DNA from: a virus
Taxonomy: Duplodnaviria; Caudoviricetes
Length of the DNA stretch: 64,000 nt
Strand: one strand, 5' to 3'
IMG/VR virus record: IMGVR_UViG_3300010356_002264
Positions 1 through 9,389 of this stretch are shown piece by piece. The translations under genes were made by a program, and so were the position numbers. Position 1 is the stretch's first letter. Every line of letters starts with the position of its first letter. The notes below the pieces were generated by a model. That model worked only from the letters and a program-made list of their open reading frames with translations, ran no database searches and had not been told where the DNA came from.

Positions 1-3000
1 GAGACAGGGGCGCGAGACGTACCCCGCTGGGCAGGCGCAGGGGCGCGCGGTCGTGACCTCCGCGGTACAGCGGATGGGCGGGAAGGCGGAAGCGGTCGGC
101 CGCGGCGAACCCCTCTCCGTAGCCGGAGGGTGAGATCTGACCCCCGAGCTTGACGCCCACCTGGGTGGTGCTGCCGTCCCCGAAGACGGCGTAGGTCGCC
201 ACGATCATCTGGATCTCATCCCCGTAGGTGGTCACGTAGGGGGAGGGGTTGAACGCCTCCTCGCGGAAGGCGCGCACGAGGAACGCGCGCGACACCAGGA
301 CGGCCCCCTTGAGGACCGGCCGGAGCGCTGGGGGCCATGAACCGCTCGACCACTCAACCGGGCCTCCGGGGCGCACGCCATGCAGCACGAACAGGGACCC
401 GCCGCCCCGGTAGAGACGGAAGCGCCTGGAACCTGTCGGAACGTCGGTCGAGTAGGGGGTGTACTGGAGGATGGACCCGTCCCCCATGCCGAACAGCTCA
501 CCAGGAGCTCCGAGCGACCGGTCGTACTCGAGCCCACCATCTGCGAGGGGCAAGAGGCGCTGGACCGAGCCAAGGCCCGCCCGTCCCCCGCGTAGCGAGG
601 AGGAGTCGTCACGCAGCGGGGACTCCCCGAGGAAGTCCGAGTCCTGCACGAGCAGTCCGAGCGGGAGGCGCTCCGTGATGCCACCCAGGCTCACCTGAGT
701 GACTCCAGAGCCGGCGTCGGACGGTTCGTCCTCCGCCCCGCGGAACGGAGCTCCGGTTGAGGTCCAGCGGTCTGGGGCCCATGCGGGACGTGGGCTACGG
801 ATGCCGAGCACCTTGTCCGGCATCCCGAACGGCTCGTCGCTCGTGAGGGTCTCGACGCGCAGGAGGGTCGCTTCCACGAAGGTTGCGTTTCCTGCCGCAC
901 CCACTTCCTCCGCCTCCAGGCGGACGGAGGACCCGCCACCCCAGGTGGCGCGCGCGATGAGGTGCGCGCGCGGATGCGCTGAGATGGCCGCGGAGAGGGC
1001 CTGCGCGGTGAGGGTACGGTCCCCTCGTTCCCAGGACAACGACACGAGCGCGGAGGCCACCGAGAGGTTGACCTGCCAGGTGACGACGTCCGGCTCTTCC
1101 AGGAGCGCCACCACGAAGTTCTGCGCGGGCAGCGTGACGGGCGCTGCGGTGAGGTTGGTGAGCCGCAGCCGCACCGTGCCCGCCGCGGTGACGTACCCGC
1201 TGACGAGCAGCCCAGGGGCCAGGGGGGCCACGGCCGCCACCACGCAGACGGACTTCTTGGCGGGACTGGCTCCGAACCAGGTGACTTCCTTCTCGTCGAA
1301 GGCTCCCGGGGCTACGGCGGCGAATCCGACGGGGAACGTCCTCACATTTCCCGTCGGGTACGTGAGGAGAGCCTGCGCCGACGCCAGGTAGTGAGCCTGG
1401 AGGTAGACCTTCTGCTTGTCGCGACGGCCCGTCAGCACGACTCCCCCGTACGGAGGAGGGGTGAAGTTGGTAAGCGTGGCGGCGACCGCCACGGGCACTC
1501 GGGTTGGAGGGAGCTCCAGGAGCGCCGGCATCTGGCTGGCGTCGACTGCGACCTCTGGAGAGGACAACGCGCCGACAGCAGGCCCAAGCGTACCGAAGTT
1601 GAGCTTGTCCACGACCTGCTGAGCCTGCTCGGTGCGACCTGCCTGGTCGATGATCACCAGGTCTGTGGGGGCCGCGAAGAGCCTGATCCGGATCGAGGGC
1701 GCGAACTCCGTCGTGGTGAGGAACAACCCGACGGGGCCCACCACACCAGGACCGTGGAACAGGATCGCGTAGCACCACCCGCTCTGACAGGCGGCCTCCA
1801 GCGCGTTGTTGTCGAGCACGTCGATGAGGGCGGTCGCGCGGCTGGAGCTCCGCGACTGCCGCAGCGTGAAGGTGGAGGGCTCGATGCGCCAGCCCCGCGC
1901 GGGGTCGGGAGGGTAACGGTCAGCGGCCTCCGGCGTGGCCTCCGTGTGCCCCGCGTCGGTGAGGGTGCCCGGCCATACGCGTCCGCCGATCTTGCCGGTC
2001 CCGAGCGTCGTGTAGAAGTCCAGCGCGGCGAGCACCTGGAAGGCGCGCGCGTTGGGCACCTCAGGGATGGGGTTCCCGAACTCGTCCTGCTGCTGGATGG
2101 GCTTGTGGGCTTCCCGCTGGAGCTGCGGGGGGATCTCGCCGAGCCGGTGCTCGTAGTCCCCCGTCACGCGGCTGGTCACGCCTCGTGTCCCGTAGGGGTC
2201 ACCCTGGTAGGGCGTGCGGTCGAACGCCGCGTACAGGTGGTCTCCCTCTCCAGCGGGGCAGGGAATGACGGTCTTTATCCCCTCGATCTCCTGCGGCTGG
2301 GTGTCGACCTGCGCGCGCCCCGCCCCGTCGTGCGCGCGCAGCAGGACGAGACTGTTCTGTGACACGAACCCTCGCGCGAACCCGAAGATCGTCGCCACCA
2401 CCACGTAGTCGAAGTCGTCGAACCCGCGCCCCGGTACCCAGCCAGGGATTCGCGTGAGGTCGAGGGTCCCCTCGGGAATGATGTACGTGTGGTCGCCCGT
2501 CTCCTGCGTGAGGTCTTTGGCTCCGTCGCGGAACAAGAACAGCGTCTGGACCTGGGCGTCCTCACGCAGCAGGTTCGTCGCTGGATCGTCCTCCACCCGC
2601 ACGCGGTCGCGTCGGAACGTCCGACCCCCCTTGCCGATGAAGTCGTTGCGCTCGTACACGCCGAGCAGGCGACACACCCCGTAGTAGGGAGGAAGCTGGA
2701 TGCCCCGCAGGCCGCGCCCGGCGTCCGAGGACCCGACCGCGCGCAGCGCGGCGAGGATGTCCTTAGCGAACTTGACGTTCGGGTCGATGCGCGTCGTCTT
2801 GCGCGCCGCCACGTTGGGCAGCGGGTTGATGACCCCAAGGATCGTCGCTGAGGTCCCGTACGTGGTGGGGCCACCCGTCGAGAAGTGCATGAGCGTAGCC
2901 TCGGCTCCGCCGCTGGTGTTGTCGCGCCCCCCTCCGATCACCATGAAGGTCGGATCGGTCGGGTCAGCACCGTCGAGGAACAGGTGGTTGATCCCTGACA

Positions 3001-6000
3001 GGAACGGTCCGCGACCCGCCTGAACATCCCGGTAGTAGGGGATGTCCAGACGGCCGAAGCGCGGCGTGATCTCCGGGGGAATAGGCACCCCACTGCGCTT
3101 GCCCGAGGTCGGCGTGCCCGTCCACAGCTGGAGCCCGTCCTTGGGGACCCCGTTGGGGTACGCGTAGGGCCCGAGGAGGCAGGTTCCTGCCGGCAGCACG
3201 TCGTCGTAGGAGACCGCGTGCATGGTGAGCTCGCGCCGCCGCATGGGTCGGAACACGATCGTCTTGGACCCCAGGTCCACCAGGAGCTGCCCCTCTCGCT
3301 CGACCTCTGTCCCGCCGGCCATCGCCCCCCCGTAGGCTGGTGCGACGGGGGCAGGGAGGCCCAGGGAGGAGAGGTTGTTCCACGTCTGCACGTGGGAGAA
3401 CCGGAACGGGACCTCACCGGCAGGCACCCCAGCTTCCGCCGAGAACGCGCGGTCGATCTCCGCTGGGTCCTGCTGGAGGTAACCCCCCTGGTCCCGCCCG
3501 CCGCCGGAGCGCAGCGCGAACCGCACGAGCCGGTCGGCAACCCGCGCGGTTCCACCGCGGCCCGGGTGGTAGAGCAGCGTGAGGTCCACGAGCAGCTTGC
3601 GCGCGACGGCTACCCGACCGAGCGTCACGTCCACCTGTGGGGCCTCACTCTTGAGGAGGGCGGCCGACCACCGGTGGTCAGTAGCCATCCCACCGAGGTC
3701 CGTGAACACGAGGGCCGCGTCCCCGATGCGCGCCGAGTAATCCCCCATGTCGTCGCTGTTGCACTCCTGACTACGCACCTCCACCGTGAGGGTGTTCTTG
3801 GTCCCCGAGTCGAAGCCGGCCGCAGCGAAGTCGGTCGATAGCGGTTCCACCACGACGCTCGTCGCGTTGGACGCGGAAACGAGCGTGAGCCCTACCGTCC
3901 CAACCCCCACCACGCGGAACGCCCCGTTGTTCTGGAGGCTATCTGAGTCACCGAACCCGATGAGGTAGACCTCGGAGGATGACCCCGTCCTGTCCCGCCC
4001 GCCGGCCGTGAGCATGTCGAGGAGCGTTCGTCGACCCCTCGCGAGGGGCCTGGAGACGTGCTCGGGGATGTTCTCGATGCCCCCTACCGCGTCCGTCGAG
4101 TAGTAGACTCCGTCTACGTCGAAGTTGATCCCGAGGTCTATCTCGTGCCTTCCGGCCTTGCTGCGAAACCCGCTCGCGGGTACCGACACGCGCAGGGACG
4201 GGTGCAGAAGTCCCCCGAGGAAGAGGTAGGGGCGCTCGAACCCGCTGCGCCGTGATGGGGCCATGGGACCAGGGTGCAACGGGTCGCGCACCGTGCCCGT
4301 GGGTGGGGACTCGTAGGTGCGCATCCCCAGGAACCGCGCCCATACAGGTTCCTGGTTGCCCACCTCCTTGGGATCGTCGTCGCTGCGCCACGCCTCGCGC
4401 GGGGATACGAACCGAACCGCGCGGGTCCCCGCGTCACGGAAGGTCCCGCGAGCTCCCTCGCTCCCGTTCTCCCCGCCCAGGTGGATAAACACCATCGACC
4501 CGTTGGTGAACGCCTTGATCCCGGACCGAGCGACGTTGAGGAACCCCGTAGGCTTGAAGTCCGCCCCAAGGTCCCACCTGGTCGTGGTGTCGAACTGGTC
4601 TGCCGTCGACAGACCCACCCCGTTCTGGTTCGTCGTGGCCTCGTTGTCGAGGAGCATCGTGACGAATGGCTGCGGAGAGGCCGCGTCACTCCAGACGGTG
4701 CGAATGCCGTCAGGCCCGTCGAGCGCCTCCGTCTGGTTGGGGACCGCAACGAGGATGTCCGACTGGAGGTAGGACACCTCGTGGACCACCGCGCCCTCGA
4801 CGTCGCCCGGGGCGCACCGCTTCCAGGTGCTTCGCAGGGTTCCGTTGATGAGCGAAGCGACGGCGCTTTCGAGCAGCCGCCCGTAGTCCCAGTCCGCTCG
4901 CGCGACCGCATGGCGAAGGTCGAGGACGTCCTCCGCGCGCACCTGGTCCGCGTAGACCCCGTCGGGACGTCCATCAAACAGCTTCACGACCGCGCCCGCC
5001 AGGTGTCCCGAGTCGGCGGTCGCCCACCGCCCACGCGCGGTCACCGTCAAGGTGCCTGCCACAGGGTCGGCAGCGGTGACCTCCATGATCTCCTGGTCCA
5101 CCACCACGAAGCGACGCAGCGGGCCTCGGCCCAGATCCTCCAGCCCAGAGCCAGGCAGCCCAGCAACGCGGACGCTGACCGGTGCCATCTTTCCCGCACC
5201 CGCGACCAGCAGGTCTCGCAGCGTCACCACGGACAGGGGCGTGGAGCCCGCGGTGGGGTCGGGAAGCAGGCGAGCTCGTGCGTTGCGGTCCGCCGCCCCG
5301 CCCTGATTGGGGTTGCCCGCGGGAACGACCGCCGCGTACGGGGCCGAGTTACGACGAAACACCGCGCAGATGGGAACCGCGTAGCTGTAGCCATCCACGG
5401 TGCCTAGCTTGTTGCGTGGGTCACCATCTCCCGCGCGCCACAGGCCCGGGTCTCCGGCGTCGGCCTGATTCAGGTAGTAGAACCCCGACACGGGGTCCTG
5501 CGCGGTTCCTTGCCCCGCGATGCTCGGGTCGCCTAGGCCGTCCGGATAGACGTCGAGAGCGACGCCAGCCCCGCGGCCTGATCCGCGCCCATGGACGCGG
5601 ATGCGATACTGCACCTGGACGCGCCGGGTCGACGGCACCCCGTCCACTGGGTGGACGAGGTCATCCGGCAGGTGTGGACCTCCGTGCAGCACGTTCCCGT
5701 AGCGCCACAGGCGATCCGGAGCGGGCTTGGCGAAGCTCGAAGGAGCTCCCTCAAGCAGGGCGAGCCACACCTCCAGGAACACGAAGTCCACGCGCCCGCC
5801 AGACTCCGGGGGAGGATACAGGCGCACGTAGTTCAGCGGGTCTCCCTCCGAGTGGGTGCCCGCGACGGGAATAAACCACCCGTTGACGCACGCCCACAGC
5901 AGTGACCCCTGCCCGTGAGGCTGACGATCGCGTCCGACCGCGAGGAGGTTGCTCCACTGAGGGTCGAAGACGTAGTCGTAGAACGCGCGCGTCGGGTCGG

Positions 6001-6187
6001 AGATGAATCCCGAGGGCAGGGTGGCCTGCGACGCCATCCTGTGACGCTCCGCGTCCGCCTCGGACAGGAGTGCCAGGTCGCAGTCGAACAGGGGGGCTCC
6101 GTCGATGAACGGCACCGCGTCGAACTGGCGATCGGTGGGGGACAGAACGCGCGTGACGCCAGGTCCGTAGCTCAGCTTCTCGCTCAT
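1..6187 (-). CDS. Very large virion structural (tail/baseplate-associated) protein, >=2062 aa, 3' end outside window; paralog of 19907..23446
   Basis: Absent from the ORF track because no stop falls in the window. Manual translation from ATG 6187 (MSEKLSYGPGVTRVLSP...RVDFVFLEVWLALL...LWRYGNVL...RRVQVQYRIRV...LGTVDGYSYAVPICAVFRRN...RPDGVYADQV...DVLDLRH) stays in frame to base 2 (...RFRLPAHPLYRGGHDRAPLRLPSGVRLAPLS). The track lists no other ORF in this frame. Confidence 0.85.
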   Translation of the reverse strand, partial: MSEKLSYGPGVTRVLSPTDRQFDAVPFIDGAPLFDCDLALLSEADAERHRMASQATLPSGFISDPTRAFYDYVFDPQWSNLLAVGRDRQPHGQGSLLWACVNGWFIPVAGTHSEGDPLNYVRLYPPPESGGRVDFVFLEVWLALLEGAPSSFAKPAPDRLWRYGNVLHGGPHLPDDLVHPVDGVPSTRRVQVQYRIRVHGRGSGRGAGVALDVYPDGLGDPSIAGQGTAQDPVSGFYYLNQADAGDPGLWRAGDGDPRNKLGTVDGYSYAVPICAVFRRNSAPYAAVVPAGNPNQGGAADRNARARLLPDPTAGSTPLSVVTLRDLLVAGAGKMAPVSVRVAGLPGSGLEDLGRGPLRRFVVVDQEIMEVTAADPVAGTLTVTARGRWATADSGHLAGAVVKLFDGRPDGVYADQVRAEDVLDLRHAVARADWDYGRLLESAVASLINGTLRSTWKRCAPGDVEGAVVHEVSYLQSDILVAVPNQTEALDGPDGIRTVWSDAASPQPFVTMLLDNEATTNQNGVGLSTADQFDTTTRWDLGADFKPTGFLNVARSGIKAFTNGSMVFIHLGGENGSEGARGTFRDAGTRAVRFVSPREAWRSDDDPKEVGNQEPVWARFLGMRTYESPPTGTVRDPLHPGPMAPSRRSGFERPYLFLGGLLHPSLRVSVPASGFRSKAGRHEIDLGINFDVDGVYYSTDAVGGIENIPEHVSRPLARGRRTLLDMLTAGGRDRTGSSSEVYLIGFGDSDSLQNNGAFRVVGVGTVGLTLVSASNATSVVVEPLSTDFAAAGFDSGTKNTLTVEVRSQECNSDDMGDYSARIGDAALVFTDLGGMATDHRWSAALLKSEAPQVDVTLGRVAVARKLLVDLTLLYHPGRGGTARVADRLVRFALRSGGGRDQGGYLQQDPAEIDRAFSAEAGVPAGEVPFRFSHVQTWNNLSSLGLPAPVAPAYGGAMAGGTEVEREGQLLVDLGSKTIVFRPMRRRELTMHAVSYDDVLPAGTCLLGPYAYPNGVPKDGLQLWTGTPTSGKRSGVPIPPEITPRFGRLDIPYYRDVQAGRGPFLSGINHLFLDGADPTDPTFMVIGGGRDNTSGGAEATLMHFSTGGPTTYGTSATILGVINPLPNVAARKTTRIDPNVKFAKDILAALRAVGSSDAGRGLRGIQLPPYYGVCRLLGVYERNDFIGKGGRTFRRDRVRVEDDPATNLLREDAQVQTLFLFRDGAKDLTQETGDHTYIIPEGTLDLTRIPGWVPGRGFDDFDYVVVATIFGFARGFVSQNSLVLLRAHDGAGRAQVDTQPQEIEGIKTVIPCPAGEGDHLYAAFDRTPYQGDPYGTRGVTSRVTGDYEHRLGEIPPQLQREAHKPIQQQDEFGNPIPEVPNARAFQVLAALDFYTTLGTGKIGGRVWPGTLTDAGHTEATPEAADRYPPDPARGWRIEPSTFTLRQSRSSSRATALIDVLDNNALEAACQSGWCYAILFHGPGVVGPVGLFLTTTEFAPSIRIRLFAAPTDLVIIDQAGRTEQAQQVVDKLNFGTLGPAVGALSSPEVAVDASQMPALLELPPTRVPVAVAATLTNFTPPPYGGVVLTGRRDKQKVYLQAHYLASAQALLTYPTGNVRTFPVGFAAVAPGAFDEKEVTWFGASPAKKSVCVVAAVAPLAPGLLVSGYVTAAGTVRLRLTNLTAAPVTLPAQNFVVALLEEPDVVTWQVNLSVASALVSLSWERGDRTLTAQALSAAISAHPRAHLIARATWGGGSSVRLEAEEVGAAGNATFVEATLLRVETLTSDEPFGMPDKVLGIRSPRPAWAPDRWTSTGAPFRGAEDEPSDAGSGVTQVSLGGITERLPLGLLVQDSDFLGESPLRDDSSSLRGGRAGLGSVQRLLPLADGGLEYDRSLGAPGELFGMGDGSILQYTPYSTDVPTGSRRFRLYRGGGSLFVLHGVRPGGPVEWSSGSWPPALRPVLKGAVLVSRAFLVRAFREEAFNPSPYVTTYGDEIQMIVATYAVFGDGSTTQVGVKLGGQISPSGYGEGFAAADRFRLPAHPLYRGGHDRAPLRLPSGVRLAPLS

Positions 6188-6201
6188 GGGGCCAATGTAC
6201 C
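6188..6201 (-). promoter_or_regulatory. Class II promoter-like element (GG-TACATT-N6-ATG)
   Basis: TAnnnT hexamer 6 nt before ATG 6187; no SD. Confidence 0.6.
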
Positions 6202-6235
6202 TCTGTCATGAGCCGCCTGATTGAGCGATCTGGAG

Positions 6236-7483
6236 TTATAGGGTCGCGACGAGACGTGGGATCTCGTCCGGATCCTTGCGGCTGCGTGACAGCACGCTCT
6301 GCCAGTCGGAGGCGGTCATCTCGCGGTGCTCGGCTGCGATTCCGCGCACGACCTCGGCGACGTCCTCCCGGCCCGGAAAGAAGCGGAGAGCCATATCTCC
6401 CGCACGCTCTGGCGACATGGGCCCGAACTTCCATCGACGGTCCACGCGGTTCCTGCGCACCAGGGCGGCGTCGAGGTTCTCCGGGTGGTTCGTGGTGAGC
6501 ACGAGAAGGCGGCCGTCCGCGGACGCGACCCCGTCGATCGCGTTGAGCAGCCCGGAGAGCGTGATGCCTTTGGACTCCTTGGACTCCGGCACGCTAGGGT
6601 CCGCCGTGGGCCCGGAGGACTCGGTCCGCTCGTTAGTGATGCGAACTGCGTCAATGTCCTCGATGATGAGGATGGACGCCGGGTCGGCGGTCGTGAATGC
6701 TGCGAGCAGCGTGTTGTCGTCGGTGACAGTGGCCAGGTTTAGGATGAAGATGGGGCGATCAAACTTGCACGCGATGGCCATCGCGAGGGTGGTCTTGCCG
6801 GTGCCGGGCGGCCCCTCAAAGAGCCAACCAAGGCGGTAGGGGATGCCGAGCGACTGGTGCCAGGGGCCCGCACCGAAGAACCACTTGGCGTCAGCGAGGA
6901 CCTCCTCCAGCATCCCGTCTTCGAGGAAGACCGACTCCAGCGGGCGCTTCGCTTTTCGGGCGAGCGGCTGCCACCAGCCCCCCTGCCAGAGCCGCACCTC
7001 CATCTTGTCCCGCTTCTGTCGCAGGCGGTTCGCCTTGTCGATGGTGGCCCGCAGACGCTCCTGGGAGCGCCCTAACGACGTGAGGATGAACTGCTCCCGG
7101 GGACGTCCGAGCACGTTCGCAGACCCCGGCTTGTCGACGGGCTGACGATCCACGAGGATCGGCGTCCCCTCCTCCCACAGCAGGTGCCGACCAAAGCCCG
7201 GCGCGAGCACCCAGTCCGACTGGACGGACCGGCTCGTGATCTTCAGCTTGCGCGCCGTCCGGGTGTACTTGTGGCGGGCGAGCCAGTCGTTGATCCAGTC
7301 GAACACCTCGTCGTCGCTCGACACCACGACCTCGACGGTGATGGCGTCCATGAGGAGGCCGAGGAGGAACCGCGGTACCGCCTTGAAGAGCCACAGGAGG
7401 CTGCCGGTGATCATCGCGCCGACAAGCGCGACCAGGATGGGGTTCTCGGCGTACTGGGTCTGGACGAACTGGATGGGGTGCAT
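6236..7483 (-). CDS. BCS1-like membrane-anchored AAA+ ATPase
   Basis: N-terminal TM helix; BCS1_N-like segment (EVSSDDEVFDWINDWL); KRPLESVFL; GIPYRLGWLFEGPPGTGKT (Walker A); IIEDID (Walker B); ITLSGLLNAIDGVAS; LTTNHPENLDAALVR. Confidence 0.85.
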   Translation of the reverse strand: MHPIQFVQTQYAENPILVALVGAMITGSLLWLFKAVPRFLLGLLMDAITVEVVVSSDDEVFDWINDWLARHKYTRTARKLKITSRSVQSDWVLAPGFGRHLLWEEGTPILVDRQPVDKPGSANVLGRPREQFILTSLGRSQERLRATIDKANRLRQKRDKMEVRLWQGGWWQPLARKAKRPLESVFLEDGMLEEVLADAKWFFGAGPWHQSLGIPYRLGWLFEGPPGTGKTTLAMAIACKFDRPIFILNLATVTDDNTLLAAFTTADPASILIIEDIDAVRITNERTESSGPTADPSVPESKESKGITLSGLLNAIDGVASADGRLLVLTTNHPENLDAALVRRNRVDRRWKFGPMSPERAGDMALRFFPGREDVAEVVRGIAAEHREMTASDWQSVLSRSRKDPDEIPRLVATL

Positions 7484-7530
7484 GTCCTCGCAGATACCCT
7501 ACGACCGGGAGTCTGCGACTGGGACCCGAC

Positions 7531-7746
7531 TCACTCGCGGTCGTACCCGCAGGTCTTGCAGACGTAACCGTCCGTGGGATACACGTGGCGGCACCGTTGC
7601 TGAAGGAGATTGATCACCTCGATACGGTCGTCGATCTCGCGCCTGCGCGCCCGGACCTCTGCTCGGAGCTGGTCGCAGGCCGCCTTGATTCCTGCGGGGT
7701 CGTTGGGGAGGCTGGGGACGAGGTTTGGTGGCGGGAGGTTGCTCAT
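7531..7746 (-). CDS. Small coiled-coil protein with C-terminal Zn-ribbon-like motif (71 aa)
   Basis: C-terminal part of track ORF 7531..8379 from ATG 7746: MSNLPPP...RCRHVYPTDGYVCKTCGYDRE. Confidence 0.6.
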   Translation of the reverse strand: MSNLPPPNLVPSLPNDPAGIKAACDQLRAEVRARRREIDDRIEVINLLQQRCRHVYPTDGYVCKTCGYDRE

Positions 7747-7785
7747 GTTCTTGTAGGAAACGTGTCGTCGACGGACAGGAGCTGT
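7747..7785 (-). promoter_or_regulatory. Class I element (CAGCTC, 38 nt to ATG; off-consensus spacing)
   Basis: GAGCTG at 7779-7784, 2 nt after the TAG of the upstream gene. Confidence 0.45.
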
Positions 7786-7786
7786 C

Positions 7787-8578
7787 CTAGAACAGGATCG
7801 CGTAGTGCAGGAGGTAGACGCGCTGGGCGGAGTCGTTGCGGAAGGCAAGCGTGATGCTCTTGGCGGGCGCGCAGAGCACCACGGGGTCGAGGAGCTTGGT
7901 GCGACAGAAGGACTTCCCGCTCCCCGAGGCGACGAGCACGTGGAACCCCTCGACCGCACCGGGCTCGACGTGGTAGCGCCGACTCGCGTTGACCTTCCCT
8001 GCGAGCGCCCCGAAATCAGAGTTCCAGTCGTGGGTGCGCTCGACGAGTCCGAGCCGCCAGTAGACGCGCACCCACGAGACCCCGTCCTTGCGACACTCCC
8101 CGAGGTACGGGGTGAGGTCGATGGGCTTGGTGACGAGCAGGCCGGGCAGCGGGGGGGTATCGACAAGGCTCGCGGGAAGAACTGAGACGAGCCCCGGCGC
8201 GCCCCCGCCCTGTGGGCCCGTGCCGCGCCCAGCACAGAACCGCGCTGGAAGGCTGCGGGCCACCTTGGACACGTCGTCCGGGATGCTCCCGTCGAAGTCC
8301 AGCTGGTCGATGTCCCCCGGCGTGAGGAAGGGGTTGACGACGGCCGTTCCTGCCCCAACACGTTGTGCCAGGCGACCAAACGACGAGCTCACCACGTCGA
8401 GTCCGTCGCGGGGGGCCATGTGGGGGGCCACCCACCGGAGGTCCCCCGCCTGCGGAGGTGTGGGGAAGAGGAACTTCCCCGACACGTCAACTCGGTCCCC
8501 CGGATCGAGGTCGGGGCCGACGCGCACCACGTGCGCGGAACCAGTGAGGAAGGGTCCGAGGTTGCTCTCGACGATCAT
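7787..8578 (-). CDS. Hypothetical protein, possibly structural (263 aa)
   Basis: Fills the gap between neighbours; class II element TATGAT-N6-ATG upstream. Confidence 0.7.
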   Translation of the reverse strand: MIVESNLGPFLTGSAHVVRVGPDLDPGDRVDVSGKFLFPTPPQAGDLRWVAPHMAPRDGLDVVSSSFGRLAQRVGAGTAVVNPFLTPGDIDQLDFDGSIPDDVSKVARSLPARFCAGRGTGPQGGGAPGLVSVLPASLVDTPPLPGLLVTKPIDLTPYLGECRKDGVSWVRVYWRLGLVERTHDWNSDFGALAGKVNASRRYHVEPGAVEGFHVLVASGSGKSFCRTKLLDPVVLCAPAKSITLAFRNDSAQRVYLLHYAILF

Positions 8579-8592
8579 GCCCCCATCATACT
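8579..8592 (-). promoter_or_regulatory. Class II promoter-like element (TATGAT-N6-ATG)
   Basis: Hexamer at 8585-8590, 6 nt before ATG 8578. Confidence 0.6.
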
Positions 8593-8599
8593 GCGCCAG

Positions 8600-9190
8600 C
8601 TACTCGGGGCTTAGGTCTTTAGTCACGACCTCCACGATGAACTTCCAGCCCGTATACTCAAAACGGGAGACAGAAAGGCCGTCGAGGTATGCGTTGGCGA
8701 TGTCAAACATGACCTTCGCTGCACCGGGACATGCCGCGATCTTGTCCCACGGGAGTGATCGTAGCCGCGCGGTCAGTCGGTCGACCTCCTTGAGCTTGGA
8801 CACTTCAACGGATGCGGTGCTGAGGTCTTGACGCACGACCACTCCCTCGGGACGTTTTCTCTCTAGGAGGGTCAAAAAGAGGGTCTCGTGAATCCCGAGC
8901 GGGATCACCTGGCTGCGCAGGACCAGCACGCGACGCATACCGTCCGGCATGACGGAGTCCTTCATGGCCGGCTCGTCGACGTGGAAGCTCTGAGCACGCC
9001 ACGGTCCCTGGCCGCTCTTGTTGGTCCGGTAGACGCGACCCCCAACGAACCCATCCTGGGTCCGTTGGAGGGACAGCGCCTGGTGCGCTTCCTCCTCACT
9101 CTTGTGGTCCCCAAGGACCTGGAGGAGCCAGAGGCTTCCAGGGGGGCGCGGGGGATCCAGCGTGGGGAACGCGGGGTTTGCTGGGCTCAT
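8600..9190 (-). CDS. Hypothetical protein (196 aa)
   Basis: Track ORF 8600..9319 restarted at ATG 9190, 36 nt after CAGCTC; this avoids overlap with the upstream small ORF. Confidence 0.65.
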   Translation of the reverse strand: MSPANPAFPTLDPPRPPGSLWLLQVLGDHKSEEEAHQALSLQRTQDGFVGGRVYRTNKSGQGPWRAQSFHVDEPAMKDSVMPDGMRRVLVLRSQVIPLGIHETLFLTLLERKRPEGVVVRQDLSTASVEVSKLKEVDRLTARLRSLPWDKIAACPGAAKVMFDIANAYLDGLSVSRFEYTGWKFIVEVVTKDLSPE

Positions 9191-9227
9191 GCTATGGGGT
9201 CGGGGATCCGCATCCGACCGGAGCTGA
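9191..9227 (-). promoter_or_regulatory. Class I promoter-like element TCAGCTC-N18-CGAC-N8-ATG
   Basis: Full consensus; directly follows TAG at 9228. Confidence 0.75.
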
Positions 9228-9389
9228 CTACAGGGTGTTGAGCCAGGCTGTACCCTCGAAGAACACCTCGTCGTAGCGGGGTGGCGTGTAGGCGGGTGCG
9301 AGGCGGTCGCGCTCCGCACGCTTCTCCCGCAGGCGCTCCTGGATGCGCGCGCGAAGTGCCTCGGCCTGTTCCTCTCTGGTGTTGCTCAT
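9228..9389 (-). CDS. Small hypothetical protein (53 aa, MSNTREEQAEALRARIQERLREKRAERDRLAPAYTPPRYDEVFFEGTAWLNTL)
   Basis: Below the track cutoff; ATG overlaps the TGA of the upstream gene (TGATG). Confidence 0.6.
   Translation of the reverse strand: MSNTREEQAEALRARIQERLREKRAERDRLAPAYTPPRYDEVFFEGTAWLNTL

Noticed and set aside
232-6211. Many track ORFs in 232-6211 (e.g. 4274..5407 +, 1391..2362 +, 795..1778 -)
   Set aside because: Shadow ORFs of high-GC DNA (Arg/Pro/Gly-rich), opposite to or out of frame with the single long minus-strand ORF.
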